A stretch of 45,417 nucleotides of DNA from a virus (taxonomy: Duplodnaviria > Heunggongvirae > Uroviricota > Caudoviricetes), in IMG/VR virus record IMGVR_UViG_2675903468_000006; one strand, 5' to 3'. This document shows, piece after piece, positions 27,059-36,535 of this stretch; the stretch's first letter is position 1; every line of letters begins with the position of its first letter. A program made the translations under genes and the position numbers. The notes beneath the pieces were generated by a model that worked only from the letters and a program-made list of their open reading frames with translations, was not told where the DNA came from and ran no database searches.

Positions 27059-27687
27059 GCTGCCTCCTGTTGACGGGCGCGGCGCTTCTCCAGCGCGCGG
27101 GCTTTACGGGTGAAAATGGATTTGATGCGTTGCAGGTATTGGATGTCGAACCGGCGGACGGAGTTATCGTTGTTTATCGCCTCAACTTTTTCGGCACCGA
27201 TGCGCTCGATAAGGCCCTGTTCAAATGCCTTTTGCGCGCCGTCCCGATCCCGGTTGCAATAGACACACTGGGCAGCGGTATTGTGAAGGTTGAAAGCCAG
27301 ATGCGCGGCAGCGCCACGGGTGCGATAGTGTCCGCAGTCCATGGTTCCGCCAAACTTCTGCTCTGGCAGCCTGCCGCAGCTGATGCACGGCTTACCTGCA
27401 TCCCTCAGACGGACGTACCGGTTGAATGCCGCCTGCGCTTCCGATCTCCACTGCGGTTTCGTTTTTAGCGCCACCTTTCTCGCTTTCAGATCCCGGCGTT
27501 CCGCGCGCTCTTTCTCTTTGCGCTCCTTGATGCGCTTAGCCGCGGCTTTAACCTTCTCCTTTTCGCGCTCCTCCATCGCGAGGATTGCGCCGTGCTCCGG
27601 ACAGCACCAGCGGATCCGGATGTCGTGGAATTTCGGCACGAAGTATTCACCGCATACTTTGCACTTACGGCGGGATGGTTTACGCAT
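27055..27687 (-). CDS. ninG: NinG/Rap-family recombination protein
   Basis: N-terminus [16 protein letters not shown], Cys clusters, basic repeat region; start moved to internal Met. Confidence 0.7.
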   Translation of the reverse strand: MRKPSRRKCKVCGEYFVPKFHDIRIRWCCPEHGAILAMEEREKEKVKAAAKRIKERKEKERAERRDLKARKVALKTKPQWRSEAQAAFNRYVRLRDAGKPCISCGRLPEQKFGGTMDCGHYRTRGAAAHLAFNLHNTAAQCVYCNRDRDGAQKAFEQGLIERIGAEKVEAINNDNSVRRFDIQYLQRIKSIFTRKARALEKRRARQQEAA

Positions 27688-28348
27688 GGGCACCACCTTG
27701 AACCTGTACCAGCGTGAGGTTTCCGCAGAACACGGCACCGGTATCGATGTACATCTGGTTGGCATACTTCAGGGGCTGGCGCGCTGGGGTGTGTCCGAAG
27801 ATAAACAGATCAGCACCGGATATCGGCGAGACAATGCCGTCCTGAGCGTCGCTAACCCGCTCACGATTCCAGATGACCATTTCTTTCGGCACTGGCTTAT
27901 CAAATTCATATTCGTTGTGCGGGTAGTCAGCGTGACAGATGACTATTTTTCGATCGGAGGTAACCAACTCGATGATGAGTGGTAACTCAGCCGCTTTGTG
28001 AACCAGAGCCTTAGCCAGCACTTCTTTGTCATAGTCGAGATTGAAGAACCAACCGCCACCATTTACCAGCCAGTGATTGACGTTTCCATACTCCGACAGC
28101 CCATCAATCATCATCTGCTCATGGTTTCCTCGCACAGCCCGGAGCCAAGGCATAGTAATCAACTCCAGGCACTCGACGTTTTCCGCGCCGCGGTCAACAA
28201 GGTCTCCAACCGAAATCAGCAAATCACACGCAGGGTCGAACGAAACTTTTTCGAGCTCATTCATCAGCAGCGTGTAGCACCCATGCAGATCGCCGACGAC
28301 GAAAATATTGCGCCATTCAGCGCCATTAATGCGTTGATACATGCTCAT
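27680..28348 (-). CDS. Serine/threonine protein phosphatase (lambda NinI / PP-lambda family)
   Basis: GDLHG, GDLVDRG, GNHE motifs; start set at [12 protein letters not shown]. Confidence 0.8.
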   Translation of the reverse strand: MSMYQRINGAEWRNIFVVGDLHGCYTLLMNELEKVSFDPACDLLISVGDLVDRGAENVECLELITMPWLRAVRGNHEQMMIDGLSEYGNVNHWLVNGGGWFFNLDYDKEVLAKALVHKAAELPLIIELVTSDRKIVICHADYPHNEYEFDKPVPKEMVIWNRERVSDAQDGIVSPISGADLFIFGHTPARQPLKYANQMYIDTGAVFCGNLTLVQVQGGAHA

Positions 28349-28515
28349 GCAGATTTTCTCCTCGCCGCGAGACGCAGCCATTTCTGATCCACCAGACGGG
28401 CGGTGTAGCCCTTCAGTGTCGGGATGTCGGACGGCTTAACCGCAGGCTTACGCTGGCGGCGCGCAGGAACGCGGAATATTTCGTTTGTGATGATGCGGGA
28501 AAGTGGAGTAGACAT
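28345..28515 (-). CDS. Small coupled nin-region ORF (56 aa), basic
   Basis: ATG overlaps NinB stop, stop overlaps phosphatase ATG; below track cutoff. Confidence 0.35.
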   Translation of the reverse strand: MSTPLSRIITNEIFRVPARRQRKPAVKPSDIPTLKGYTARLVDQKWLRLAARRKSA

Positions 28516-28970
28516 CAGGCCTCCTGCTTATCGCGCAGCTGCTGGTATTCACAGCTCTGCGGAATGGTCAGGTGGCAGCCGATATTCATCGCCCAGGCTT
28601 CGACCTTGCACAGGAAGATGTACATTTCGCCAGTTTCCAGATCAGACGTATGGCGGAGGGATTGGACGGTGGTGACCTCGCCGGACACGACGTCTACACG
28701 GTCTTTGCTTTCGTAGCCGAGATAGGTGTGCTTCATCGCGTCTTTGACCCACTCAGGCGTAGCGAAGGTCTTGCCGCGGGCGATGAGGTACTCGCTGATT
28801 TCCGTGTACCACATGTGGCTGAGCGCGTTCTGTGACAGGCTGCGCTTCTCTCGCCACGGCTTAACCTGCAGGCGGAAGCACTGCCCGGCATCCAGCAATG
28901 GCTGAATCTGCTGGCCGATGGCCGCGAAGTTGCCACGATGGAGTTTGATACCGTCTACTGGCAGAGTCAT
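28515..28970 (-). CDS. ninB: NinB recombination protein
   Basis: 151 aa, position at start of nin cluster. Confidence 0.7.
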   Translation of the reverse strand: MTLPVDGIKLHRGNFAAIGQQIQPLLDAGQCFRLQVKPWREKRSLSQNALSHMWYTEISEYLIARGKTFATPEWVKDAMKHTYLGYESKDRVDVVSGEVTTVQSLRHTSDLETGEMYIFLCKVEAWAMNIGCHLTIPQSCEYQQLRDKQEA

Positions 28971-29149
28971 ACGGCCTCCTTAACGGAAACCGCAGAATGC
29001 AGAAAATCGCAGGTGCATTTCTGCATCTGTGACAATGTGAGGAGTTCAGATTGTGGTCGCATTTAAGTCCCCTTAAATGCGCAGAAGTCACCAATGGGTG
29101 TTCAGACCATCAGCAAAGAAAGTATGGACGGTTGATTCAACAAAATCAA

Positions 29150-29176
29150 CTGAAGAGAAAGGCCTCCGGAGAGGCC
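29150..29176 (-). terminator. Intrinsic terminator after the Cys-rich moron
   Basis: GGCCTC-CGGA-GAGGCC hairpin, T-rich tract on minus strand. Confidence 0.5.
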
Positions 29177-29182
29177 AATGAG

Positions 29183-29464
29183 TTAGTCGTCCACGCGTTT
29201 AAAGCACTGCGGGCAAACATCATTTCCACCGTGTTCTTCGTATGCGCTTTTAACAGCATCAGTCATCTCTTTAAAGCTTTCGAATAGATGACTACCGTTG
29301 CTTTTTTTATAAGCTCCGGCTGCGTATTTGTAGATGTCGGACTCTTCTATGCCCTCATCAACATAAGTGCCCTCATGATGAGGGCACTGCGTTAAAGCGC
29401 CAACCCTACCAAGCATCTCCAATGCCCAACACTCTTGTTTCATGCAAAGTTGATCGATACTCAT
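29183..29464 (-). CDS. Cys-rich small protein (possible zinc-binding), moron
   Basis: Start at MSIDQL with SD AGGAGG; AT-rich; CxxxxC, CPHH and CPQC clusters; own terminator. Confidence 0.45.
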   Translation of the reverse strand: MSIDQLCMKQECWALEMLGRVGALTQCPHHEGTYVDEGIEESDIYKYAAGAYKKSNGSHLFESFKEMTDAVKSAYEEHGGNDVCPQCFKRVDD

Positions 29465-29730
29465 AACGCCTCCTGTTGGTTTTACATCGCCAAATGAATG
29501 TACCACCATGCAAGAGGAAATGAAGCAGTTAAATTGTAAAACATGTGTATATATCAATGAGTTAAAATAGTTTGCTATTTTTCTTACAGCCTTGCTGCGT
29601 CGAATGGGTTAGGCATGGCGACCTCTACACGAGCTGAAAATATAAGCCGCTACAGCCAAATCCTGAATTGCTGTTATTGCCAGCATCCAACCATAAATGC
29701 TGTCATTGAAATGCCACGCCAGCGCTGTAA

Positions 29731-29946
29731 TCACGGCTTCACCTCCTTAGCCGTTTTGACGATTGCAGCGAGGCACTTCTTGCATGGAACCTGCAATGAA
29801 CCCTGCTCAATGCTCAACAGTGCATGCTGAGCGTCCTGAAACAACCAGTCAGAAAATTGAGGCTTATGTCCGCACCATGTTTCTGTTTCATGCTTCGCAA
29901 GTTTTACGCCGTCACGATAGTCATATTTGATGATGTGATTACTCAC
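29731..29946 (-). CDS. Hypothetical protein
   Basis: 71-aa ORF overlapping the Lar-like stop. Confidence 0.4.
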   Translation of the reverse strand: MSNHIIKYDYRDGVKLAKHETETWCGHKPQFSDWLFQDAQHALLSIEQGSLQVPCKKCLAAIVKTAKEVKP

Positions 29947-30242
29947 GGCTGTACCTCCTGCTGCGGTGCTGCAATTAGTTCTAGCGTGAAGCCGTCTTGC
30001 TTAAGACTATCAATGTAAGCCGCAGTTCTCCTGCGCTCGCCAGCACATGCCAGCGTTTCTGGGTCGTAAAACCACACCTTCATTCGGCTATTCCATGCAG
30101 AAATTGCTTCAGCCTTATTGCGCTTTAATGGCCCATGAGCACCACATTTGCAGTGGACGTAGCGCTTCTTTCCCATAATACTGAATGAGTAGCCAATACC
30201 AAGCGCTGTCGATTCGCAAAATGGGCAGAGTAGTGGAGTCAT
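29943..30242 (-). CDS. lar: Lar-family restriction alleviation protein
   Basis: N-terminal CPFC...CKCG zinc-ribbon arrangement, about 99 aa. Confidence 0.55.
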   Translation of the reverse strand: MTPLLCPFCESTALGIGYSFSIMGKKRYVHCKCGAHGPLKRNKAEAISAWNSRMKVWFYDPETLACAGERRRTAAYIDSLKQDGFTLELIAAPQQEVQP

Positions 30243-30943
30243 TTATCCTCCTGCTGAGGTGCTGCTGAAGATGCAAAAATATCAATCAGCGTATCTTCTC
30301 CCATGCTATTGCAATGAGCCTGAAGCCTATTGATGATTGCCTGAAGAGCAAACTTCGGAACCATATTTTCCTTACCTATCTGCGGGCAGTTTTCGGTACC
30401 GAACCAAAATTGCTCGATCTGCAGCAGCAGACCATTTTTGCCTTCAGTTGCACTGAATACGCCGAACGCTTCAATGTCGTATGCTTTCGCAATCACAGGA
30501 GAGTTGCCATCGGCACCCTGAAGCATGGCGGCGCGGCGCTCCCAGTCAGCTATTGCGGCTGAATGTTCCATCGAGTCGTCGCCAAACTCAGCATGTGCGC
30601 ACTCGTCTGCCGCATTGGCGGCAGTTTTCGCAATCGTCAAGAGATCTGACAGGAGCGAATCAGATATCGGTGCTGGCGGGGCGGTGTAAAGCGGCTCACA
30701 TTCCCAGCCTTGCTTTTGCCAGGATGCCAGGACATTTTTTGAATCTGTCAGAAGGCCGTGATTCTCGTAATAAAGCGATCGCCACGCCACAGGATCCGCT
30801 TCGAGAGATGCCAGCGCGATACGAAACACCTCTGCAGTCATGCTGCGAGGCGACTGATTGTCATGCGCTGGGTCGGTAAGGAAGCCAGTAATAAACGCCT
30901 TCAATTGCTGATTGTGAATATCGCGTTTGTCGATGTTGCTCAT
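30239..30943 (-). CDS. Hypothetical protein
   Basis: Start set at ATG after SD GGAGGA; the track's longer start is a TTG inside the SD. Confidence 0.45.
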   Translation of the reverse strand: MSNIDKRDIHNQQLKAFITGFLTDPAHDNQSPRSMTAEVFRIALASLEADPVAWRSLYYENHGLLTDSKNVLASWQKQGWECEPLYTAPPAPISDSLLSDLLTIAKTAANAADECAHAEFGDDSMEHSAAIADWERRAAMLQGADGNSPVIAKAYDIEAFGVFSATEGKNGLLLQIEQFWFGTENCPQIGKENMVPKFALQAIINRLQAHCNSMGEDTLIDIFASSAAPQQEDK

Positions 30944-31587
30944 TGGGCGGTCCTCCAACCTTCACATTCAATGTCACTGCAGCCATCGAAATCGTATGGA
31001 TTTAGCTGCCAGCTAATCTTTCCGCAGCAAGGGCAATTCCAGCGAACCTTACCGCTGCGTGATTTTTTTCGGTTGTGCTTTTTCAGCCACTCAGGCATGA
31101 CAAGCCCTGCCGCCTGAACCATGGTGCGTCGGTTAAACTCATTGATGCTGAACGTGCGGCGCTTAGCCTTGTCAGCTAAAGCAAAAGGAATCCAGACAAT
31201 GCCAGGCTCTGCCGTGTTGGCGGATACAAAAACGAATGCCTTACTGAAGTCGTCAGTTGGAAGGCCTCCATGTTGCAACCAGTACACATCGTTACCGTTC
31301 CAACTGCCTTTTTTGTAGGCCACATAGGACTCACAGCCAGGCTCAATAACACTTTCGGTAGGTATGTACTGACAATCGACATGCCAGACAGCCATGGAAT
31401 CAACACTGTCAGCGCAAACCGGCTGATCAATCTCTCTACCCAATTCCCAGCTTCTTTGAGCTTCTTCACGGGTGTACACGTGGGCGCGGTCTATATTGGA
31501 GCTATATCCGTTGCCGTTGTGGCAGTGGAATGACGCGTTACTGCCAACCGTTTCGCGAGTACAAAGCATGTAAAATCTATCGCTCAT
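30940..31587 (-). CDS. Hypothetical protein with C-terminal Cys cluster
   Basis: 215 aa; NCPCCG...C.IEC at the C-terminus. Confidence 0.45.
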   Translation of the reverse strand: MSDRFYMLCTRETVGSNASFHCHNGNGYSSNIDRAHVYTREEAQRSWELGREIDQPVCADSVDSMAVWHVDCQYIPTESVIEPGCESYVAYKKGSWNGNDVYWLQHGGLPTDDFSKAFVFVSANTAEPGIVWIPFALADKAKRRTFSINEFNRRTMVQAAGLVMPEWLKKHNRKKSRSGKVRWNCPCCGKISWQLNPYDFDGCSDIECEGWRTAQ

Positions 31588-32018
31588 GACTGCACTCCTT
31601 TGCGAAGCTCGTCGGCGAAGTTCTCAGCATCTGCGGCCATGCCAGCAGCCTCTTCAGACATCCTCATGCTTCGGCTACGCAGAGCCTGCTGTCGTTCTCG
31701 CTTATGTGCGGCAAACATCTCCACACCCTGCGCCCGCACTTCAGCCAGGAAAGCGTCGGTGGCTGGGGTTTTGACCTTATTCGCAGCGAACTCAATTTTT
31801 TCTTTCGTGTCTCTGCCGATTTCGCTTGAGCCCAACTTTCCGATGAAGCTAACGATTTGGTCAGGGAACTGCTTCAGCCCCGCATTCTCCGCAGCCAGCG
31901 CAGCGAATGTGGTTTCAAACACGTTAAGCAGAGTCGTAACTTCTGCCGGTGACATGTGCTCACCACATTCTGCATTCACCCTGGCGTTTTTAATCAGATC
32001 TTCGTATTTGTTGCTCAT
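31584..32018 (-). CDS. Hypothetical protein
   Basis: Start set at MSNKYEDL, adjacent to upstream stop. Confidence 0.45.
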   Translation of the reverse strand: MSNKYEDLIKNARVNAECGEHMSPAEVTTLLNVFETTFAALAAENAGLKQFPDQIVSFIGKLGSSEIGRDTKEKIEFAANKVKTPATDAFLAEVRAQGVEMFAAHKRERQQALRSRSMRMSEEAAGMAADAENFADELRKGVQS

Positions 32019-32314
32019 ACCCCTACCCTCCCCCAAACCATCAATACTCGCTTCATCGCCGCGCTGTTGCGGCACTCCTGAAATATTCCGTTGGTGCAGC
32101 TGCGCGCGGTACCATCTTGCTCTTCCGGCGTCGCCAGGCGGTAAGTCACCGTTCGCCAGACCTTGCTCACGCGCACAATCTTCCTGGCCCGCTCCAGATC
32201 GATAGCGTTCTTGGTGATGCAGTTGATGGTCATGACGCACTCTGTGGCCACATCCTTCGCAGTGAAGGTCCGGTGCGTTTCGAGATAACGCAGAATTGCC
32301 TGTTTGCCTTTCAT
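32015..32314 (-). CDS. Hypothetical small protein (possible winged-helix)
   Basis: 99 aa immediately downstream of helicase. Confidence 0.35.
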   Translation of the reverse strand: MKGKQAILRYLETHRTFTAKDVATECVMTINCITKNAIDLERARKIVRVSKVWRTVTYRLATPEEQDGTARSCTNGIFQECRNSAAMKRVLMVWGRVGV

Positions 32315-33747
32315 CAGAAGCCCCCTTTCTTTTTCGGCTGCTGCTCGCGCCCGCGACGTTCTGCGGCGGCGGCCTGCTGGTCTGTGTCGTAAATTGCCCC
32401 GTTAATCTGATTGCAATAAACCGTTCCGGTACTGCCGTGGCGGTTGAGTCGCAGGATTAACTCGGTTTCGCCCGGCGGCACGCTGTCATCGAAAGCACCT
32501 TCCCGGTGGATACCAACCCAGTAGTCGCAGTCCTGCTCAATCTGTCCTGTGTCGCGGGAATCACTCGGCAACGGGCGTTTATTCACTCGCTTCTCCAGTT
32601 CGCGGTTGAGCTGAGTCAGCAGCACGACGACGCAGCCAAGCTCTTTGGCCAGGTTCTTCAACCCTTTGGTGATCATCCCGTAGGCCAGGTCATTACGGTC
32701 TGCTTTTTCGGCGGTCATCAGCGTCAGGTAGTCAACCAGAATCATGCCTACGCAGCCTTTCTCGCGCTTAATTCGACGGCATTCGGTAACGATATGCGCC
32801 AGTGACAGGCCAGGAGTGTCGTCGATGTACAGCATGTCGATTTCACTCAGCCGCCCGGCTGTTGCGATCGCCTTCTTAAAGTCGCCGTCGTAGTCGCCCT
32901 GATACTGGTCATCGGCATCATCCGTGGCGGGCATGTAAAAAATGCTCGGGTTAATGCCCGACTTCTGACCAACCAGTTTTTCGAGGATCTGGTCGCCTGG
33001 CATTTCCAGGCTGAACATCAGCGCCGGCTTTTTCTCACGAACCGCGCAGTTGATCGCCATCTGCCCGTACAGGGTTGTTTTGCCCATTTTTGGCCTTGCG
33101 CCAATTACGAACAGAGAGCCTTTAACCAGACCTTTCGGCGCCAGCAGCCGGTCGAGTGACGGGATACCGGTACTCATGCCGCGCTGTTCGCCTGAGGGGT
33201 CAAATCGTTTTTCCAGATCTGCTACCCAGTCATCCATAACCTCGCCGAACGACCGCAACCCACGACGATTTCCGGTTTTTGAATGATCTGCGAGCTGGGT
33301 GAAGATACCCTGAATGGCCTCATACTTCTGCGTAGCGCTCATACCGTTGCGGGAATACAGCAGCTCAGTAGCTTCGGTCAGACGGTTGATACCGTAGCGC
33401 TCCATTGCGGCTTCCCGGACTGATTCTGCGTATGCCACGATGTTTGCTGCGCTTGGAGTGTTCTTGGCTATCTCCGCCAGGTAAGCAAAGCCACCTACCT
33501 GCTCCGCGAGCCCTTTTCCTTCAAGCGCGTCGAACAATGTCAGACCATCGACTGGCTTGTTGTCGCGGAACATCTGGCGCATCTCGGCAAAGATCAGCTG
33601 GTGAGGTCGGCTGTAGAACGACTCAGGCTTGAGCATCGCCAGAACCTTCTGGACTCGCTCGCTGTTGTCATCATCCAGCAGCAGGCCACCGATAACGCTC
33701 TGCTCCGCTTCGAGGTTTTGTGGCACAGCCATGAATTCAGCGGTCAT
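32314..33747 (-). CDS. Replicative DNA helicase (DnaB family)
   Basis: Walker A GARPKMGKT, DnaB-like N- and C-domains; SD GGGGG. Confidence 0.85.
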   Translation of the reverse strand: MTAEFMAVPQNLEAEQSVIGGLLLDDDNSERVQKVLAMLKPESFYSRPHQLIFAEMRQMFRDNKPVDGLTLFDALEGKGLAEQVGGFAYLAEIAKNTPSAANIVAYAESVREAAMERYGINRLTEATELLYSRNGMSATQKYEAIQGIFTQLADHSKTGNRRGLRSFGEVMDDWVADLEKRFDPSGEQRGMSTGIPSLDRLLAPKGLVKGSLFVIGARPKMGKTTLYGQMAINCAVREKKPALMFSLEMPGDQILEKLVGQKSGINPSIFYMPATDDADDQYQGDYDGDFKKAIATAGRLSEIDMLYIDDTPGLSLAHIVTECRRIKREKGCVGMILVDYLTLMTAEKADRNDLAYGMITKGLKNLAKELGCVVVLLTQLNRELEKRVNKRPLPSDSRDTGQIEQDCDYWVGIHREGAFDDSVPPGETELILRLNRHGSTGTVYCNQINGAIYDTDQQAAAAERRGREQQPKKKGGF

Positions 33748-34636
33748 CACGATCCCCCTCGCGCACTTCGATGTAGAGCTTTTCGGTCAGGAACTTATCG
33801 AATTTCATGCGGCGCCAGGTTTTCCCGGATTTCTGGTCTGGTCGGTCTTCAAGCATCCAGCGGCAGTTTTGAGCGATATATCGCAGATAGCTTCTGAAAC
33901 CGTCCATATCCATCGGCTTGCCGTCCAGGTTGCGGGCAATCTTGTTAGCCTTACCCCAGAAGGTGCGGATCAGATTGCGTCGCTCATCAGTGAGGCATCT
34001 CCATCCCCGGGCTTCAGGCAGTTCGTCTTTCAGGCATTGCCATACTTCATCGCATGACAAACGGGACTTTTTCTCTTCAGCGGGGTTCTGGTCATTTGCG
34101 ACATACTTACTACCTTTAGGTAGTAAGTTATTTAATATATTGTTATCTGTGGACACCGGCTGGACATCGGCTGGACACACATCCTCCACAGGCATTGTTA
34201 TTACTGCGTTTGCGCTGGACACTGGCTGGACATCGGCTGGACAAAAATTTGACTGATATTCGTCATATTTGACCACTTTTAGAACAGTAAAACGGTTGTT
34301 CGATTTGGTGGTGATCATGCCCAGATTCTGGAATTTACGGAGCAGTGATTTAACGCGATCAGCGGTCAAACCCGTTTCCATTGCCAGCGTGTTACGCCCG
34401 GTGATGAACTCGCCGCGCTCGCAGATCACATCGCCAACATCAGTCGATACCAGTGTCTGTTCGTGATTAGCGCGCAGGAGCAGGTGAACCCATAAATGAG
34501 CCGCCTCAGCGTCCTTGTAGAACGGCACATCCATAATTTTACGGTGCAGCAAGGCAAACCCCTTACCGTCATTCGTGCGCGGTTTCTGGAGCCTTCTGGC
34601 CTCTCTGGCTTCGGCTAAATTGGATACGTTACCCAC
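33737..34636 (-). CDS. Replication initiator (lambda O-like), contains origin iterons
   Basis: Internal protein repeat CPADVQPVS matching the DNA iterons; probable GTG start after SD AAGGAGA. Confidence 0.65.
   Translation of the reverse strand: MGNVSNLAEAREARRLQKPRTNDGKGFALLHRKIMDVPFYKDAEAAHLWVHLLLRANHEQTLVSTDVGDVICERGEFITGRNTLAMETGLTADRVKSLLRKFQNLGMITTKSNNRFTVLKVVKYDEYQSNFCPADVQPVSSANAVITMPVEDVCPADVQPVSTDNNILNNLLPKGSKYVANDQNPAEEKKSRLSCDEVWQCLKDELPEARGWRCLTDERRNLIRTFWGKANKIARNLDGKPMDMDGFRSYLRYIAQNCRWMLEDRPDQKSGKTWRRMKFDKFLTEKLYIEVREGDRDDR
34103..34243. repeat. Phage replication origin: 10-bp inverted repeat, AT-rich tract and about six CTGGACA-type iterons
   Basis: Iterons at about 10-bp periodicity in two clusters; inverted repeat CTTACTACCT/AGGTAGTAAG. 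Confidence 0.6.
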
Positions 34637-34865
34637 GGCCACTCTCCTTACGTTTCAATTCTTCCAGGATGGCGCGCATCTTCTCTGCCACAATCGGGTT
34701 AACCGAGCGGATGAAGCGGTCGCGGGCTATGTTTTTATGTACAGCGGTATGGTAATAGCGTGGATTTTTTGCCATTATTCCTCCTGCAATGAGTGCACAC
34801 GATTTGCATCTGAAGGCCAGTTCTGTTCGCGCAGACTGGCTTTCGCCATTTTTGATACTTCCCAT
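34629..34865 (-). CDS. Small coupled ORF between YdaT-like and O genes
   Basis: ATG overlaps upstream stop (TGATG); 78 aa. Confidence 0.3.
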   Translation of the reverse strand: MGSIKNGESQSARTELAFRCKSCALIAGGIMAKNPRYYHTAVHKNIARDRFIRSVNPIVAEKMRAILEELKRKESGRG

Positions 34866-35407
34866 CACATAACCCCCAGCATCGACGTGACCATCGTCAT
34901 CAGTGGGCCTACCTGCTCCGGCATGAGGCGGAACAGCGAAGCTATACCCTCGCTTACCTCTTTCAGCTTCTGATGCTCTGGGGCGTCCAAAAGCACGGCC
35001 TGTTTAGCTTCAGCACACTCTTTCATCGCAGAAGCGATCAGCGACATCGTGTCGTTCTGCGGCGCCAGGCGGTTGCGGTACTCCAGCGGCAATACGGACA
35101 TGATTGCGGGTGTCAGCTGGCGCACGTTCTCGCGGTACTGTTCGGAGTCGAAACGGTTATCCAGGAAGCGGAACAGCTTCTGGCGCGCACGGCTGATGTC
35201 GTCAGGAAAGCTGATGGCGGTCCCGCCCTGCTCCCGGTATTCGTTGATGATCAGTGCCGAAACGACGTCCTGATTGTCCAGCGCCGAAGACCATGCCCGG
35301 ACCGCATCGCGGATCTTTTCGTGGTCAGGCGCCGCCTTAGGTTGAGCGCGGTTTATCATCGCTCCCGGGTGTATTCCGGTATTGTGTTGATACGCAAGTG
35401 AATGCAT
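34865..35407 (-). CDS. YdaT-family regulatory protein (cII position)
   Basis: Segments NEYREQGG and LTPAIMSVLPLEYRNRL resemble Rac YdaT; sits directly after cro. Confidence 0.55.
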   Translation of the reverse strand: MHSLAYQHNTGIHPGAMINRAQPKAAPDHEKIRDAVRAWSSALDNQDVVSALIINEYREQGGTAISFPDDISRARQKLFRFLDNRFDSEQYRENVRQLTPAIMSVLPLEYRNRLAPQNDTMSLIASAMKECAEAKQAVLLDAPEHQKLKEVSEGIASLFRLMPEQVGPLMTMVTSMLGVM

Positions 35408-35424
35408 TGCTTTCCCTTTCGTGG

Positions 35425-35658
35425 TTAGGCCGCAGTATCACGCGGCGATGCGAATACCAGGCTTTCTTTTAGGACCGGAGCCTGGCGGTGAAAATTCTTC
35501 GTGCCTTTCTCGATAGCAGATGCCATTTCTGGAGATGCCCGGCGATTTCCGTAGGCGATCTGGTCCAGGTAACCTGGCGTCGTGTTAGCCAACTTTGCGA
35601 GCTGCGCCCATTCGTCGGTAGTGGCGGCCTTGCGCCAGCGGTGTAGTTCAGTGCTCAT
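35425..35658 (-). CDS. cro: Cro-like HTH regulator
   Basis: 77 aa, divergent from the repressor across the operator region; SD GGAG. Confidence 0.6.
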   Translation of the reverse strand: MSTELHRWRKAATTDEWAQLAKLANTTPGYLDQIAYGNRRASPEMASAIEKGTKNFHRQAPVLKESLVFASPRDTAA

Positions 35659-35690
35659 TGGTGTCTCCGGGTGAGTTGTTTGATTTGGAG

Positions 35691-35757
35691 TTTAGCGTTA
35701 TGCTAAATACTACGCAAGCATCATTTAGCAATTTGCACATTTATCATTTTGCTAAAA
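35691..35757. promoter_or_regulatory. Right operator region (OR), three sites of type TTTAGC-N5-GCTAAA
   Basis: Perfect site TTTAGCgttatGCTAAA plus two degenerate copies between cro and cI starts. Confidence 0.6.
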
Positions 35758-35774
35758 GCAGTAACAATGCAGGT

Positions 35775-36452
35775 ATGGAAAATAAAGAAATCAGAAAAGC
35801 CAACCTGGAAGCGCTGTACGAGAAGCGTCAGCACGAGTCTGGAATGACCAAAGCGCAGTTTGCCGAGCTCATCGAGACAAGTCCGGCTGCGCTTAGCCAG
35901 CTACTGGGACCAAACCCTCATCGCAATATCGGCGATAAGATGGCTCGCAAAATTGAAACTGCGCTTGATCTGCCTTTTGGCTGGATGGATGTTTTACACG
36001 CCAGTGAAGAACCTTCGAACGTTGCATTTCGAGGACTGAACGAGACAAAAGGAAGTTATCCTGTAATCAGCTGGGTAAGCGCGGGGCAATGGATGGAAGC
36101 TGTAGAACCTTATCACCGAAGAGCGATAGATCGCTGGTATGACACGACTGTTGACTGCTCAGAAGATTCATTCTGGCTGGACGTTAAAGGGGATTCTATG
36201 ACCTCCCCGGCTGGACTGAGCATACCCGAGGGAGCAGCGATACTTGTTGATCCTGAAGTCGAGCCGCGCAACGGAAAGCTGGTTGTCGCGAAGCTAGAAG
36301 GCGATAACGAAGCGACCTTTAAGAAGCTTGTAATCGATGCCGGCAGACGCTTCCTAAAGCCCCTTAACCCCGCATATCCAATGCTAGAAATTAATGGAAA
36401 CTGCAAAATCATCGGCGTTGTGGTTGATGCCAAAATACTAAACATCCCATAA
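35775..36452 (+). CDS. cI: CI-like repressor with C-terminal S24 (LexA-type) autopeptidase domain
   Basis: N-terminal HTH, C-terminal GDSM Ser and conserved Lys; start at MENKEIRK. Confidence 0.8.
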   Translation: MENKEIRKANLEALYEKRQHESGMTKAQFAELIETSPAALSQLLGPNPHRNIGDKMARKIETALDLPFGWMDVLHASEEPSNVAFRGLNETKGSYPVISWVSAGQWMEAVEPYHRRAIDRWYDTTVDCSEDSFWLDVKGDSMTSPAGLSIPEGAAILVDPEVEPRNGKLVVAKLEGDNEATFKKLVIDAGRRFLKPLNPAYPMLEINGNCKIIGVVVDAKILNIP

Positions 36453-36469
36453 CCTCACGCAAAACCCCT

Positions 36470-36497
36470 CAAGCCCGCCATCGCGCGGGCTTTTTTA
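36470..36497 (+). terminator. Intrinsic terminator after cI
   Basis: AGCCCGC-loop-GCGGGCT hairpin followed by T6. Confidence 0.6.
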
Positions 36498-36535
36498 CGT
36501 CCCGAATTCCTTCGCTGTAAATTTTTAATCGCTTA

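Noticed and set aside
34103-34243. Possible CRISPR-like short repeat array
   Set aside because: Repeats are about 10 bp at helical periodicity inside a replication initiator gene with no spacers, consistent with origin iterons.
35658-35774. Long N-terminal extension of the repressor ORF given by the track
   Set aside because: It would begin at a non-ATG codon inside the cro start region and run across the operator sites; MENKEIRK at 35775 fits a CI-type HTH domain.
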